The notes: generated by a model not told the origin, from the letters alone. A stretch of 64,000 nt of DNA from Burkholderiales bacterium (GCA_019744975.1 JAIETP010000008.1:73144-137143); one strand, 5' to 3'; positions 45,574-55,294 are shown, numbered from the stretch's first letter. Translations and numbers: made by a program.

Positions 45574-46671
45574 CTAACGGAACCGATGCTGGATTTTAAT
45601 CTCTTCGCCCGGTTTGACTTCAACAACCTGCAGGTACGAGGCAAAGCCGGGGTTGCGGATCTCGAGTTTGTAGACCCCGGGCTTCAGCGCGATGTCGCGC
45701 AGTGGCGGCGAGACCCCGTATTGATTGCCGTTGATGCGGATTTCACCCCAGGGCAGCACGTTCAGGCGCACGGTGCCGGTGGCCGTCGCTTCCTGGCTGC
45801 GCGCCGGTTTTTTGGCGAGACTGGGTTTTGGCGGCGGTGCGGCTTCGACCGGCTGTGGCGGCGGTTCGGCTGCAGGGGGTTTTGTTTTCAGCGGCCGCGG
45901 CATGACCACGGTCGAGGCCGCAATTTCAGCCTGCCGTTCCGCTTCAGCTTCAGCTTTTTTCACGGTAATGCGCAGGGCGAGGGCGACGACCAGGATCAAT
46001 GCCACCGTCAGACCAGTGACCAGCGGCGGTCGTCGCATGATCTGGGCGCGGATGGTATACGCGGCATGGACGATTTTTTCCATGATTGCCGTGGCATGAA
46101 CCTCGGCGGCGCCGGGTTTGCGGCGCGGCAGGCGCGGTGGAGCCGGCGCCTTGCCCAGTGCATAGACCTCGTGTTCGCGCACATGTTTGTCGGTGCGCGC
46201 ACCCTCGAAGTTGAACAGGTGCGCGTAATCGGGTGACAGTGCGGAAACCACTTCATAGTACGAACGGGATGCCAGCACCTGGTTGATTTCGGCAAAACTC
46301 ATGACCCGCTGCGCGACATTGATGCCGTCACCGATGATGTTTGGCTGGCCGTTGATGTCCTTGACCAGCCGCACCGGTCCGAGGTTGATGCCGGTGCGCA
46401 GCCGCAGGGATTCGTCGCTGCGTTCGGCCAGTGTGTCGCGCAATGCCAGCCCGAGGAACAGGCCGTCCTCCGGATCGCCGAGAAAACTGATCGCCGCGCC
46501 GTCGCCGGTGTCGAGGATGATGCGGTCCTTGGTCGGCACGTCCGCCAGCGCCTGCGCCAGCATCAGGTTGAACTGCTCCTTGGCGCGCATCTGCTCCGCC
46601 ACCGACTTCTTCGAATATTCGACGATGTCGATGAAGGCGACGCTGCAGACAAAAGTGCGGTTGTCGTTCAT
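45574..46671 (-). CDS. class III adenylate/guanylate cyclase domain - TM - Pro-rich linker - PEGA domain protein
   Basis: The cyclase homology domain has metal Asp residues (AFIDIVEYS, DTGDGA), RTGINLGPV and GDGINVAQRV. One TM helix follows, then a PPPKP-rich linker. The C-terminal PEGA-like fold reads VLPWGEIRINGNQYGVSP...LKPGVYKLEIRNPGF. Confidence 0.8.
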   Translation of the reverse strand: MNDNRTFVCSVAFIDIVEYSKKSVAEQMRAKEQFNLMLAQALADVPTKDRIILDTGDGAAISFLGDPEDGLFLGLALRDTLAERSDESLRLRTGINLGPVRLVKDINGQPNIIGDGINVAQRVMSFAEINQVLASRSYYEVVSALSPDYAHLFNFEGARTDKHVREHEVYALGKAPAPPRLPRRKPGAAEVHATAIMEKIVHAAYTIRAQIMRRPPLVTGLTVALILVVALALRITVKKAEAEAERQAEIAASTVVMPRPLKTKPPAAEPPPQPVEAAPPPKPSLAKKPARSQEATATGTVRLNVLPWGEIRINGNQYGVSPPLRDIALKPGVYKLEIRNPGFASYLQVVEVKPGEEIKIQHRFR

Positions 46672-46701
46672 GGCCTGTGGCGGTGGGCTGCGGTCGTTAT
46701 G

Positions 46702-48834
46702 TTATTTGATGCGCATGCCGGGTTGGGCACCGGAATCCGGCGACAGCAGGTACAACCCGGGCGTGTCGCCGCTGGCGGCGAGTACCATGCCCTCGGACAT
46801 GCCGAATTTCATCTTGCGCGGCGCGAGATTGGCGACCACCACGGTCAGCCGGCCTTTCAATGTTTCCGGGTCGTAGGCCGCCTTGATGCCGGCAAACACC
46901 TGCTTGGTGCCCAGGCTGCCGACGTCCAGCGTCAGTTTCAGCAGTTTGTCCGCGCCTTCGACGTGTTCGGCGTTGGCGATTTTGGCGATGCGCAGATCGA
47001 TTTTGGTGAAGTCGTCGATCGAGATGGTCGCCGGGCCGGTTGTGGCCGGCGCTGCTGTCGCGGTCACAGCTGATGGCGTGGGGGCGGTGGTCATTTGCAG
47101 GTTTTCCTTGTTGGCTTCGATCAGTGCAGCGATTTGTTTTGCATCGACACGTGTCATGAGGTGGCTATAGGGGCGAATTTCGTGATTGTCAGCGAGAACC
47201 TTGCTGGCATCGTTCCATTTAAGTTCTGGAATGTTAAGGAACTGTTCGACATTGCGCGCCATGCCCGGAATTACCGGTTTTAAATATAAAGTCAGTGTTC
47301 GAAACAGATTGAGGCCAACAGAGCAAATCAATCGAAGTCGTTTGTGCTCGCCAGGAGTTTTGGCTAACTCCCAAGGTTTGATGTCATCAATCCACTGGTT
47401 TGCGCGGTCAGTGAGCGCCATGATTTCCCGAAGCGCTTTTCCATACTCGCGACTGTCATATAAACGTGCGATTTCCGGGGCTTTGTCGGCAAACTCTTTG
47501 ATTAAAGAGTCAGATTTGATGCCTCGGGACTCTGAGCCATATTCAAACAGCCCTTGGTTGGTTACTCGACCGTCAAATAATTTGGTCACAAAGCCAGCGC
47601 ACCGACTCGCAATATTCACATACTTGCCAACCAGGTCGCTGTTCACCCGCGCCACAAAATCATCCAGATTCAGATCCAGATCTTCCATTGTCGAATTCAG
47701 CTTGGCGGCGTAGTAATAACGCAGCCATTCCGGATTCAGGCCCTGCTGGATGTAACTCTCGGCGGTGATGAAGGTGCCGCGCGACTTGGACATTTTTTCG
47801 CCGTTCACCGTCAGGAAGCCGTGGGCATAGACCCTGGTCGGGGTGCGGAATCCCGCGTGCTGCAGCATCGCCGGCCAGAACAGCGCGTGGAAATAGAGGA
47901 TGTCCTTGCCGATGAAGTGAATCAGTTCGGTGTTGCCGCCTGGTTTCAGGAAGGCATCGGCGTCGATCTTCCTGCCTTTGGCTTGTTCTTTTTTGACGTA
48001 ATTCAGGAAACTGCTGAAATAACCCACCGGCGCATCGAGCCAGACATAAAAGAATTTTTTGCCGTCAGTGCCGGGAATCGGAAAACCGAAATAGGGCGCG
48101 TCGCGTGAAATGTCCCAGTCGGAGAGTTTCGAGTCGCCGGGTTCGCCCAGCCACTCCTTCATTTTGTTGGCGGCTTCGGGCTGCAGCGCGCCGGATTTCT
48201 GCGTGAATTCGCGAAGGAACTTCTCGCAGCTTTCGTGGGAAAGCCTGAAGAAGTAGTGTTCGGACTGCCGGCGTTCGGGCTTGGCGCCCGATACAGTGGA
48301 GTAGGGATTCTTCAGGTCGGTCGGTGCGTAGGTCGCGCCGCAGACTTCGCAGGAATCGCCGTACTGGTCCTTCGCGCCGCACTTCGGGCATTCGCCCTTG
48401 ATGTAGCGGTCGGGCAGGAACATCTGTTTCACCGGATCGTAAAACTGTTCGACCGAACGTGTGGCGATCAACTTACCGTCGTCCAGCTTTTTATATATTT
48501 CCGCGCACAACGCTTCGTTCTCCGGCGAATCGGTGGTGTAGTAGTTGTCGAAGCTGACGCCGAAACTTTTGAAGTCACGGTCATGCTCTTGCCACACGCG
48601 GGCGATCAGTTGTTTGGGGGTGATGCCTTCGCTGTCCGCGCGCAGCATCACCGGTGTGCCATGAGTGTCATCTGCGCCGACGTAGTGGATCTCATGGCCC
48701 TGCATGCGCTGGAACCTCACCCAGATGTCGGTCTGGATGTACTCGACCAGATGACCCAGGTGGATGGCGCCATTGGCATAAGGCAGCGCAGACGTGACAA
48801 GAATCCGGCGCGGCTTGTTTGCGATGTCAGTCAT
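46702..48834 (-). CDS. metG: methionine--tRNA ligase
   Basis: I prefer the start at ATG 48834 ([29 protein letters not shown]). It has the zinc knuckle CPKCGA...CEVCG, KMSKS and the C-terminal tRNA-binding (Trbp111-like) domain. Confidence 0.97.
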   Translation of the reverse strand: MTDIANKPRRILVTSALPYANGAIHLGHLVEYIQTDIWVRFQRMQGHEIHYVGADDTHGTPVMLRADSEGITPKQLIARVWQEHDRDFKSFGVSFDNYYTTDSPENEALCAEIYKKLDDGKLIATRSVEQFYDPVKQMFLPDRYIKGECPKCGAKDQYGDSCEVCGATYAPTDLKNPYSTVSGAKPERRQSEHYFFRLSHESCEKFLREFTQKSGALQPEAANKMKEWLGEPGDSKLSDWDISRDAPYFGFPIPGTDGKKFFYVWLDAPVGYFSSFLNYVKKEQAKGRKIDADAFLKPGGNTELIHFIGKDILYFHALFWPAMLQHAGFRTPTRVYAHGFLTVNGEKMSKSRGTFITAESYIQQGLNPEWLRYYYAAKLNSTMEDLDLNLDDFVARVNSDLVGKYVNIASRCAGFVTKLFDGRVTNQGLFEYGSESRGIKSDSLIKEFADKAPEIARLYDSREYGKALREIMALTDRANQWIDDIKPWELAKTPGEHKRLRLICSVGLNLFRTLTLYLKPVIPGMARNVEQFLNIPELKWNDASKVLADNHEIRPYSHLMTRVDAKQIAALIEANKENLQMTTAPTPSAVTATAAPATTGPATISIDDFTKIDLRIAKIANAEHVEGADKLLKLTLDVGSLGTKQVFAGIKAAYDPETLKGRLTVVVANLAPRKMKFGMSEGMVLAASGDTPGLYLLSPDSGAQPGMRIK

Positions 48835-49141
48835 GGGCGAGCAAATAACAGCCCAGGAGGCTGCCGTTGGCATCATGCAGCGCAGAGGTCACGAGGACGC
48901 GGCGCGCAGTTTGCGGGATATCTTGCATGGGTGTGGGTAGGCGAGTGGTGCTAAAGGATTGAATTGTAACAAACTATTCTGAAACTCCCGGTCTGCAAAA
49001 GGGCGTCTGACACGGTTCGCGACGGTCGTTGTGGCAAGGATGCAAAAAAACCTTTGCCAGCATGGGGTTGAGGTGGTTTGCAGGGGGGTATCTCGCTACA
49101 ATCGCCGCCTTACCACGCATTAATGAATGGAACCCTAGGCC

Positions 49142-50239
49142 ATGGCTGTTACCCCGATTACCGAGCAGGACGTCCAGACCGCGCTGAAGGCGCTGACGGA
49201 TCCCAACACCAAAACGGACTATGTCACCGGCAAGTCCGCAAAAAACATCAAGCTTGAAAACAACAACGTGTCGGTGGACATCCTGCTGGGATATCCCGGC
49301 AAGAGCCAGATTGAGCCGATCAGGAGGGCCGTTACCGACAAGCTTAAAACCCTGCCCGGCGTCGGCAGCGTGAAGGTCAATGTGTCGGTCAAGATCGTGC
49401 CGCATGCGGTGCAGCGTGGCGTGAAGCTGGTGCCCGGCGTGAAAAACATCATCGCTGTGGCTTCCGGCAAGGGCGGTGTCGGCAAAAGCACCACCGCGGT
49501 GAACCTGGCGCTGGCGCTGGCCGCTGAAGGCGCGAGCGTCGGTATTCTCGACGCCGACATCTATGGCCCGTCGCAGCCGATGATGCTGGGCATCGCCGGT
49601 CGTCCGGAATCGAAGGACGGCAAATCACTGGAGCCGATGGAGGCGCACGGCCTGCAGGCGATGTCGATCGGTTTCCTGATCGACACCGAAACGCCGATGG
49701 TGTGGCGCGGCCCGATGGTGACCCAGGCGCTGGAGCAGCTGGTGAATGAAACCAAATGGCGCGATATCGATTACCTCGTCGTCGATCTGCCGCCGGGCAC
49801 CGGCGACATCCAGTTGACACTGGCGCAGCGCGTGCCGGTCACGGGCGCGGTGATTGTCACCACGCCGCAGGACATCGCGCTGATCGACGCGCGCAAGGGC
49901 CTGAAGATGTTCGAGAAGGTGGGCATCCCCATCCTCGGCATCGTCGAAAACATGTCGCTGCACATCTGCTCGAAGTGCGGTCACGAGGAGCACATCTTTG
50001 GTGAAGGCGGCGGCAGCCGCATGGGTGTCGATTACAACGTCGAACTGCTGGGTTCGCTGCCGCTGGACATCAATATCCGCAAGCAGGCGGACTCCGGCAA
50101 ACCGACGGTGGTGGTTGATCCCGACGGCCGCATCTCCGAAATCTACCGCCAGATCGCGCGCCGTGTCGCGGTGAAAATCGCCGAGAAGCAGCAGGACCAT
50201 TCTGCAGCCTTCCCGAAAATCGTCGTCAAGAACACCTGA
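49142..50239 (+). CDS. apbC: iron-sulfur cluster carrier ATPase Mrp/ApbC
   Basis: 365 aa. N-terminal DUF59-like domain, deviant Walker A SGKGGVGKST and CSKCGH. It is divergent from metG, as in E. coli. Confidence 0.93.
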   Translation: MAVTPITEQDVQTALKALTDPNTKTDYVTGKSAKNIKLENNNVSVDILLGYPGKSQIEPIRRAVTDKLKTLPGVGSVKVNVSVKIVPHAVQRGVKLVPGVKNIIAVASGKGGVGKSTTAVNLALALAAEGASVGILDADIYGPSQPMMLGIAGRPESKDGKSLEPMEAHGLQAMSIGFLIDTETPMVWRGPMVTQALEQLVNETKWRDIDYLVVDLPPGTGDIQLTLAQRVPVTGAVIVTTPQDIALIDARKGLKMFEKVGIPILGIVENMSLHICSKCGHEEHIFGEGGGSRMGVDYNVELLGSLPLDINIRKQADSGKPTVVVDPDGRISEIYRQIARRVAVKIAEKQQDHSAAFPKIVVKNT

Positions 50240-50262
50240 TCCCGTTTTAAGATAGGCAAACC

Positions 50263-52503
50263 ATGCGCTTCCGTTTTCCGGTCATCATCATCGACGAAGA
50301 CTTCCGCTCGGAAAACACCAGCGGTCTGGGCATCCGCGCGCTGGCCAAGGCGCTGGAGGACGAGGGTCTCGAAGTGCTTGGCGTCACCAGTTATGGCGAT
50401 CTGTCCTCCTTCGCCCAGCAGCAGTCGCGCGCCTCGGCCTTCATCCTGTCGGTCGATGATGATGACTTTTCGGTGCAGGAACTGGAGTCGACCATCAGCG
50501 AGCTGCGCACCTTTGTCAAGGCGATCCGATTCCGCAATGCCGAGATCCCTATTTTTCTCTACGGCGAAACCCAGACTTCGCGACATATCCCGAACGACGT
50601 GCTGCGCGAACTGCACGGATTCATCCACATGTTCGAGGACACGCCGGAATTTGTCGCGCGTTACATTGTGCGCGAATCCAAGTCCTACCTCGACAGCCTG
50701 GCGCCGCCGTTTTTCCGCGCGCTGACGCATTACGCCCAGGACGGCTCCTATTCCTGGCACTGCCCGGGCCACTCCGGCGGCGTCGCCTTCCTGAAAAGCC
50801 CTGTCGGCCAGATGTTCCACCAGTTTTTCGGCGAGAACCTGCTGCGCGCCGACGTCTGCAACGCCGTTGATGAATTGGGCCAGTTGCTCGACCATTCGGG
50901 TCCGGTGGCGGCTTCGGAGCGCAACGCCGCGCGCATTTTCAACTGCGACCATCTCTTCTTCGTCACCAACGGCACCTCGACCTCGAACAAGATGGTGTGG
51001 CACTCGACCGTGGCGCCCGGCGACGTGGTGATCGTCGACCGCAACTGCCATGTGTCGATTCTGCACGCGATCACCATGACCGGTGCGGTGCCGGTGTTTC
51101 TGATGCCGACCCGGAACCATTTCGGCATCATCGGCCCGATCCCGCTGGAAGAGTTCACCTGGGAAAACATCGAGAAAAAAATCCGCGCCAATCCCTTCGC
51201 CGCCAAATCGACCTCGAAGCCGCGCATCCTGACCATCACGCAAAGCACCTACGACGGCATTCTCTACAACGTCGATGCAATCAAGGAAAAACTCGACGGC
51301 AGGATCGACACCCTGCATTTTGATGAAGCCTGGCTGCCGCACGCGACCTTCCACAAGTTCTACCACGGCATGCATGCCATCGGCCGCGACCGGCCGCGTA
51401 CCAGGGAGTCGGTGGTGTTTTCAACGCAGTCGACGCACAAGCTGCTGGCGGGGCTGTCGCAGGCCTCGCAGATCCTGGTGCAGGACAGCGAGACGCGCAA
51501 ACTCGATTACGACACCTTCAACGAAGCCTATCTGATGCATACCTCGACTTCACCGCAGTACGCGATCATCGCGTCCTGCGACGTTGCGGCGGCGATGATG
51601 GAGCCGCCGGGCGGCACCGCGCTGGTCGAGGAATCAATCATGGAGGCTCTGGATTTCCGCCGCGCAATGCGCAAGGTCGATGCCGAGTTCGGCAAGGATT
51701 GGTGGTTCAAGGTGTGGGGACCGGAGCGCCTCGCTGCGGAAGGCGTCGGCAACCGCGACGACTGGATGCTGCGGCCGTCGGAGCGCTGGCACGGCTTCGG
51801 CAACCTCGAGGCCGGTTTCAACATGCTGGATCCGATCAAGGCCACGGTGATCACCCCGGGGCTGGACGTGACCGGCAAGTTTGCCAAGAGCGGCATCCCG
51901 GCGGTGGTGGTGACCAAGTATCTCGCCGAACACGGCATCATTGTCGAGAAGACCGGTCTCTATTCCTTTTTCATCATGTTCACCATCGGCATCACCAAGG
52001 GCCGCTGGAACACGATGGTGACCGAGCTGCAGCAGTTCAAGGATGACTACGACAACAACCGTCCGCTGTGGCGCGTGCTGCCGGAATTTCTCGCCGCACA
52101 TCCGCGTTACGAAAAAATCGGCCTGAAGGACCTGTGCGAACAGATCCACGGCGTCTACAAGGCCAACGACATTGCACGATTGACCACGGAGATGTATCTG
52201 TCCGACATGCAGCCGGCGATGCCGCCGGCCGAAGCCTGGGCGCGCATGGCGCATCGCAAGATTGAGCGTGTCGAGATTGATCATCTGGAAAAGCGGGTGG
52301 CCAGCGTGCTGCTGACGCCATATCCCCCGGGCATTCCGCTGCTGATACCGGGCGAACGCTTCAACAGCACCATCGTGCGTTACCTGCAGTTCGCGCGCAT
52401 GTTCAACCGCCAGTTCCCCGGTTTTGATACCGATATCCACGGCCTGGTGGCGCAGGGCAGTGGCGAGCAGTTGCAGTATTTTGTCGACTGCGTGGCGGAT
52501 TGA
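50263..52503 (+). CDS. Orn/Lys/Arg decarboxylase (large wing-domain, fold-type I PLP enzyme)
   Basis: 746 aa. N-terminal receiver-like wing domain, PLP-lysine motif STQSTHKLL and the C-terminal domain of the AdiA/LdcC/SpeF family. Confidence 0.92.
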   Translation: MRFRFPVIIIDEDFRSENTSGLGIRALAKALEDEGLEVLGVTSYGDLSSFAQQQSRASAFILSVDDDDFSVQELESTISELRTFVKAIRFRNAEIPIFLYGETQTSRHIPNDVLRELHGFIHMFEDTPEFVARYIVRESKSYLDSLAPPFFRALTHYAQDGSYSWHCPGHSGGVAFLKSPVGQMFHQFFGENLLRADVCNAVDELGQLLDHSGPVAASERNAARIFNCDHLFFVTNGTSTSNKMVWHSTVAPGDVVIVDRNCHVSILHAITMTGAVPVFLMPTRNHFGIIGPIPLEEFTWENIEKKIRANPFAAKSTSKPRILTITQSTYDGILYNVDAIKEKLDGRIDTLHFDEAWLPHATFHKFYHGMHAIGRDRPRTRESVVFSTQSTHKLLAGLSQASQILVQDSETRKLDYDTFNEAYLMHTSTSPQYAIIASCDVAAAMMEPPGGTALVEESIMEALDFRRAMRKVDAEFGKDWWFKVWGPERLAAEGVGNRDDWMLRPSERWHGFGNLEAGFNMLDPIKATVITPGLDVTGKFAKSGIPAVVVTKYLAEHGIIVEKTGLYSFFIMFTIGITKGRWNTMVTELQQFKDDYDNNRPLWRVLPEFLAAHPRYEKIGLKDLCEQIHGVYKANDIARLTTEMYLSDMQPAMPPAEAWARMAHRKIERVEIDHLEKRVASVLLTPYPPGIPLLIPGERFNSTIVRYLQFARMFNRQFPGFDTDIHGLVAQGSGEQLQYFVDCVAD

Positions 52504-52589
52504 TGACAAGCGCTGGGCAGGCGCTGATTAATCATAAGTATTTGATTTTATTGATTTATTTTTAGATTTTGCCGGGAGATCATCGCGCG

Positions 52590-53951
52590 ATGCACAAGCT
52601 GGCGCATACCGCTGTTCCCGGCAGCGCGCTAGAGAGCGTACGGTGGCCGGCGCTACCTGGCGCCGAGGGCGCGCGCATGCTGGCGCTGCAATACCAGTTC
52701 GCGCTAAGCGAACGCTGGTCGCCGGCAGAGTTGCGTGCAGCGCAGTTTGCACAGCTGACCCAGTTGCTGCAGCACGCTAAAACCACCGTACCGTTTTATC
52801 GCGAGAGACTGGCTGGCGTTGCGGCCAATCGTGCACTGGATGTCGCGGCATTTGAGCGGATCCCCTTGCTGTGCAGACAGGACATCCAGGAAAATTTTGA
52901 CGCGCTGGTCAGCCGCGCGCTGCCGCCGGACCACGGCGGCACGCAGGAAGGAAATACTTCGGGATCCACCGGCCGGCCGATCCGTTTCATGGCGACGCAG
53001 CTGACGGAGGTGTTCTGGCATGCCTTCACGCTGCGCGAACACCTGTGGCAGCGCCGCGATTTCTCCGGCAAGCTGGCCGCCATCCGTGCGCGTGTGACGC
53101 CCGGCAGCAGCGCAGGCTGGGGCGCGTCCACCGATTCGGCTTTTCGCACCGGCCCTTCGGTGATGTGCAATACCGAGCAGCCGATCCCGGAGCAGGCGCG
53201 GTGGCTGATGCAGGAAAATCCCGACTACTTGATCAGCGTCGCTTCCAATGTCCAGGAACTGGCCCGGCATTGCGGGCGGCACCGCCTGCGGCCGCCGCGG
53301 CTGCGCGAAGTGCGCACCTACGGCGAAGCGCTGCACCCCGATGCACGTGCGGACATTCGCTCAGCGTGGGGCGTGCCGGTGATTGACATGTACTCCTGTC
53401 GTGAAGCCGGGTATCTCGCACTGCAGTGTCCGGAACACGAGCACTACCATGTGCAGGCTGAGGGGATTTACCTGGAATTGCTCGATGATCAAGGGCAGCC
53501 CTGCGCACCCGGTACGCTGGGGCGGGTGGTGATCACAGTGCTGCATAATTTTGCGACGCCGCTGATCCGCTACGACATCGGCGATTATGCCGAGGCCGGA
53601 GAAGCCTGTGACTGCGGCCGCGGCCTGCCGGTGATCCGGCGCATTGTCGGTCGTGTGCGCAACATGCTGAGGCTACCTGACGGTGGCCTGCGCCATCCGC
53701 GTTTCGACGAAGCGCAGTTCGGCGGCATTGCGCCGGTGCGGCAGTTCCAGGTGGTGCAGAAAACCCTGCAGGACATCGAGGTGGCGCTGGTGGTGGCGCG
53801 CCCGTTGACACCGGCAGAGGAAGATACGCTGCGTGCGCTGATCATCAGGAATCTGGCGCACCCGTTCGCGGTGTCTTTTGTCTACTGCGACGAGATTCCG
53901 CGTGCGACCGGCGGCAAATTTGAGGATTTTCGTTCGGAAGTGGTGACATGA
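52590..53951 (+). CDS. phenylacetate-CoA ligase (PaaK)/F390-synthetase-like adenylate-forming enzyme, paralog 1
   Basis: TSGSTGRPIRF P-loop. It is colinear with paralog 2 (WPALP...MLALQYQF...TVPFYRERL...GGKFEDF). I prefer the start at ATG 52590 based on alignment with the paralog. Confidence 0.8.
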   Translation: MHKLAHTAVPGSALESVRWPALPGAEGARMLALQYQFALSERWSPAELRAAQFAQLTQLLQHAKTTVPFYRERLAGVAANRALDVAAFERIPLLCRQDIQENFDALVSRALPPDHGGTQEGNTSGSTGRPIRFMATQLTEVFWHAFTLREHLWQRRDFSGKLAAIRARVTPGSSAGWGASTDSAFRTGPSVMCNTEQPIPEQARWLMQENPDYLISVASNVQELARHCGRHRLRPPRLREVRTYGEALHPDARADIRSAWGVPVIDMYSCREAGYLALQCPEHEHYHVQAEGIYLELLDDQGQPCAPGTLGRVVITVLHNFATPLIRYDIGDYAEAGEACDCGRGLPVIRRIVGRVRNMLRLPDGGLRHPRFDEAQFGGIAPVRQFQVVQKTLQDIEVALVVARPLTPAEEDTLRALIIRNLAHPFAVSFVYCDEIPRATGGKFEDFRSEVVT

Positions 53952-55294
53952 GTGTATCGCCGCTGGTGCCGCGTTCTGTCTGCGCCGGCGTTGCCTGGCC
54001 CGCGCTGCCGGACGACCGCAGCGCGCAGATGCTGGCCTTGCAATACCAGTTTGAGCAAAGCCAGTGGTGGCCCGTCGAACGCCTGCAGGACTTGCAACTT
54101 CAGCAGTTTGCGCAGGTGTTCCGCCATGCGATGACGACGGTGCCGTATTACCGCGAGCGTTTTGCGCCATGGGCCGCGGGTATCCCGTCGTGGGAGCATT
54201 ACCGGGCGCTGCCGGTCAGCACGCGGCGCGATGTACAGCAGGCCGGCACCGACATGCACAGCGCAGTGGTGCCGCCGTCACATGGTGCGGTGATTACAAC
54301 GCAGTCTTTGGGATCGACCGGCAGCCCGCTGGTGACGCGTGGCACGGCGTGGCCCCAGTTGTTGTGGCATGCGCTGTTGTTGCGCGATCATTTGTGGCAC
54401 GGGCGGAATCTCGGTGGCAGGCTGGCTGCCATCCGCAGCAAGACGGCGGATGGCCGTATACCGGATTGGGGGCTTGCCACCGCAGCGTTTCAAACCGGGC
54501 CGTCGGCGGTGCGCAGTCTGTCGGCCGATCTCGACGAACAGGTGCGCTGGCTGGTCGATGAGGATCCGGATTATGTGCTGTCGTTTGCCACCAACCTGCG
54601 CGCCCTCGCTGCGCGCAGCCTTGAACTGGGTCTGCGCCCGTTGCGGTTGAAACAGGCGCGCACTTATGGCGAGACCTTGCAGCCCGATGCGCGCGATGTC
54701 GTACGCGCAGCCTGGGGGGTGGAGATCGCCGACAGTTACAGCTCCGAGGAGCTGGGATACATCGCGCTGCAATGCCCGGGACATGAGCACTACCACGTGC
54801 AGTCCGAAAGCCTGATCGTCGAAGTGCTGGACGACAACGGTGTGCCCTGCGCTCCGGGCGGAACAGGGCAGGTGGTGGTATCGACGCTGCACAATTTCGC
54901 GATGCCGCTGCTCCGGTATGCCAGCGGTGATTATGCGGAGGTCGGTGAACCCTGTGCCTGCGGTCGCGGCCTGCCGGTATTCGCGCGCGTCGTCGGCCGC
55001 CAGCGCAACATGCTGCTGCGTCCCGACGGCACCCGCTACTGGCCGAGTTTTCCGTCGGAAGTCTGGGCGGATCTTGCGCCGGTTGAACAGTTCCAGGTGA
55101 TCCAGCGGGATCGCCGCAGCCTTGAATTGTGCATCGCCGCGCCGCGCGACCTGACGCCCGTCGAAAACGCGGCGCTGTGTGCGGCGCTGCGCAATGCCCT
55201 CGGTTATGATTACCGGATATCGCTGGTACGGTTGCCGCAGATTCCCCGTCCCGCCGGCGGCAAGTACGAGGATTTCATCTGCGCAGCGGAGTGA
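53948..55294 (+). CDS. PaaK/F390-synthetase-like adenylate-forming enzyme, paralog 2
   Basis: 448 aa. Its start overlaps the paralog 1 stop (ATGA). It has a degenerate P-loop SLGSTGSPLV. The shared CACGRGLPV and GGKYEDF motifs are present. Confidence 0.8.
   Translation: MSVSPLVPRSVCAGVAWPALPDDRSAQMLALQYQFEQSQWWPVERLQDLQLQQFAQVFRHAMTTVPYYRERFAPWAAGIPSWEHYRALPVSTRRDVQQAGTDMHSAVVPPSHGAVITTQSLGSTGSPLVTRGTAWPQLLWHALLLRDHLWHGRNLGGRLAAIRSKTADGRIPDWGLATAAFQTGPSAVRSLSADLDEQVRWLVDEDPDYVLSFATNLRALAARSLELGLRPLRLKQARTYGETLQPDARDVVRAAWGVEIADSYSSEELGYIALQCPGHEHYHVQSESLIVEVLDDNGVPCAPGGTGQVVVSTLHNFAMPLLRYASGDYAEVGEPCACGRGLPVFARVVGRQRNMLLRPDGTRYWPSFPSEVWADLAPVEQFQVIQRDRRSLELCIAAPRDLTPVENAALCAALRNALGYDYRISLVRLPQIPRPAGGKYEDFICAAE

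Noticed and set aside
45574-46671. Pycsar-like antiphage cyclase system.
   Set aside because: No adjacent effector with a cyclic-nucleotide-binding domain, TIR or TM effector is present. The cyclase is itself membrane-anchored with a periplasmic PEGA domain, and the locus follows metG in apparently core DNA.
50143-51375. 410-aa minus-strand ORF.
   Set aside because: It is antisense to the Orn/Lys/Arg decarboxylase gene and is a shadow ORF.
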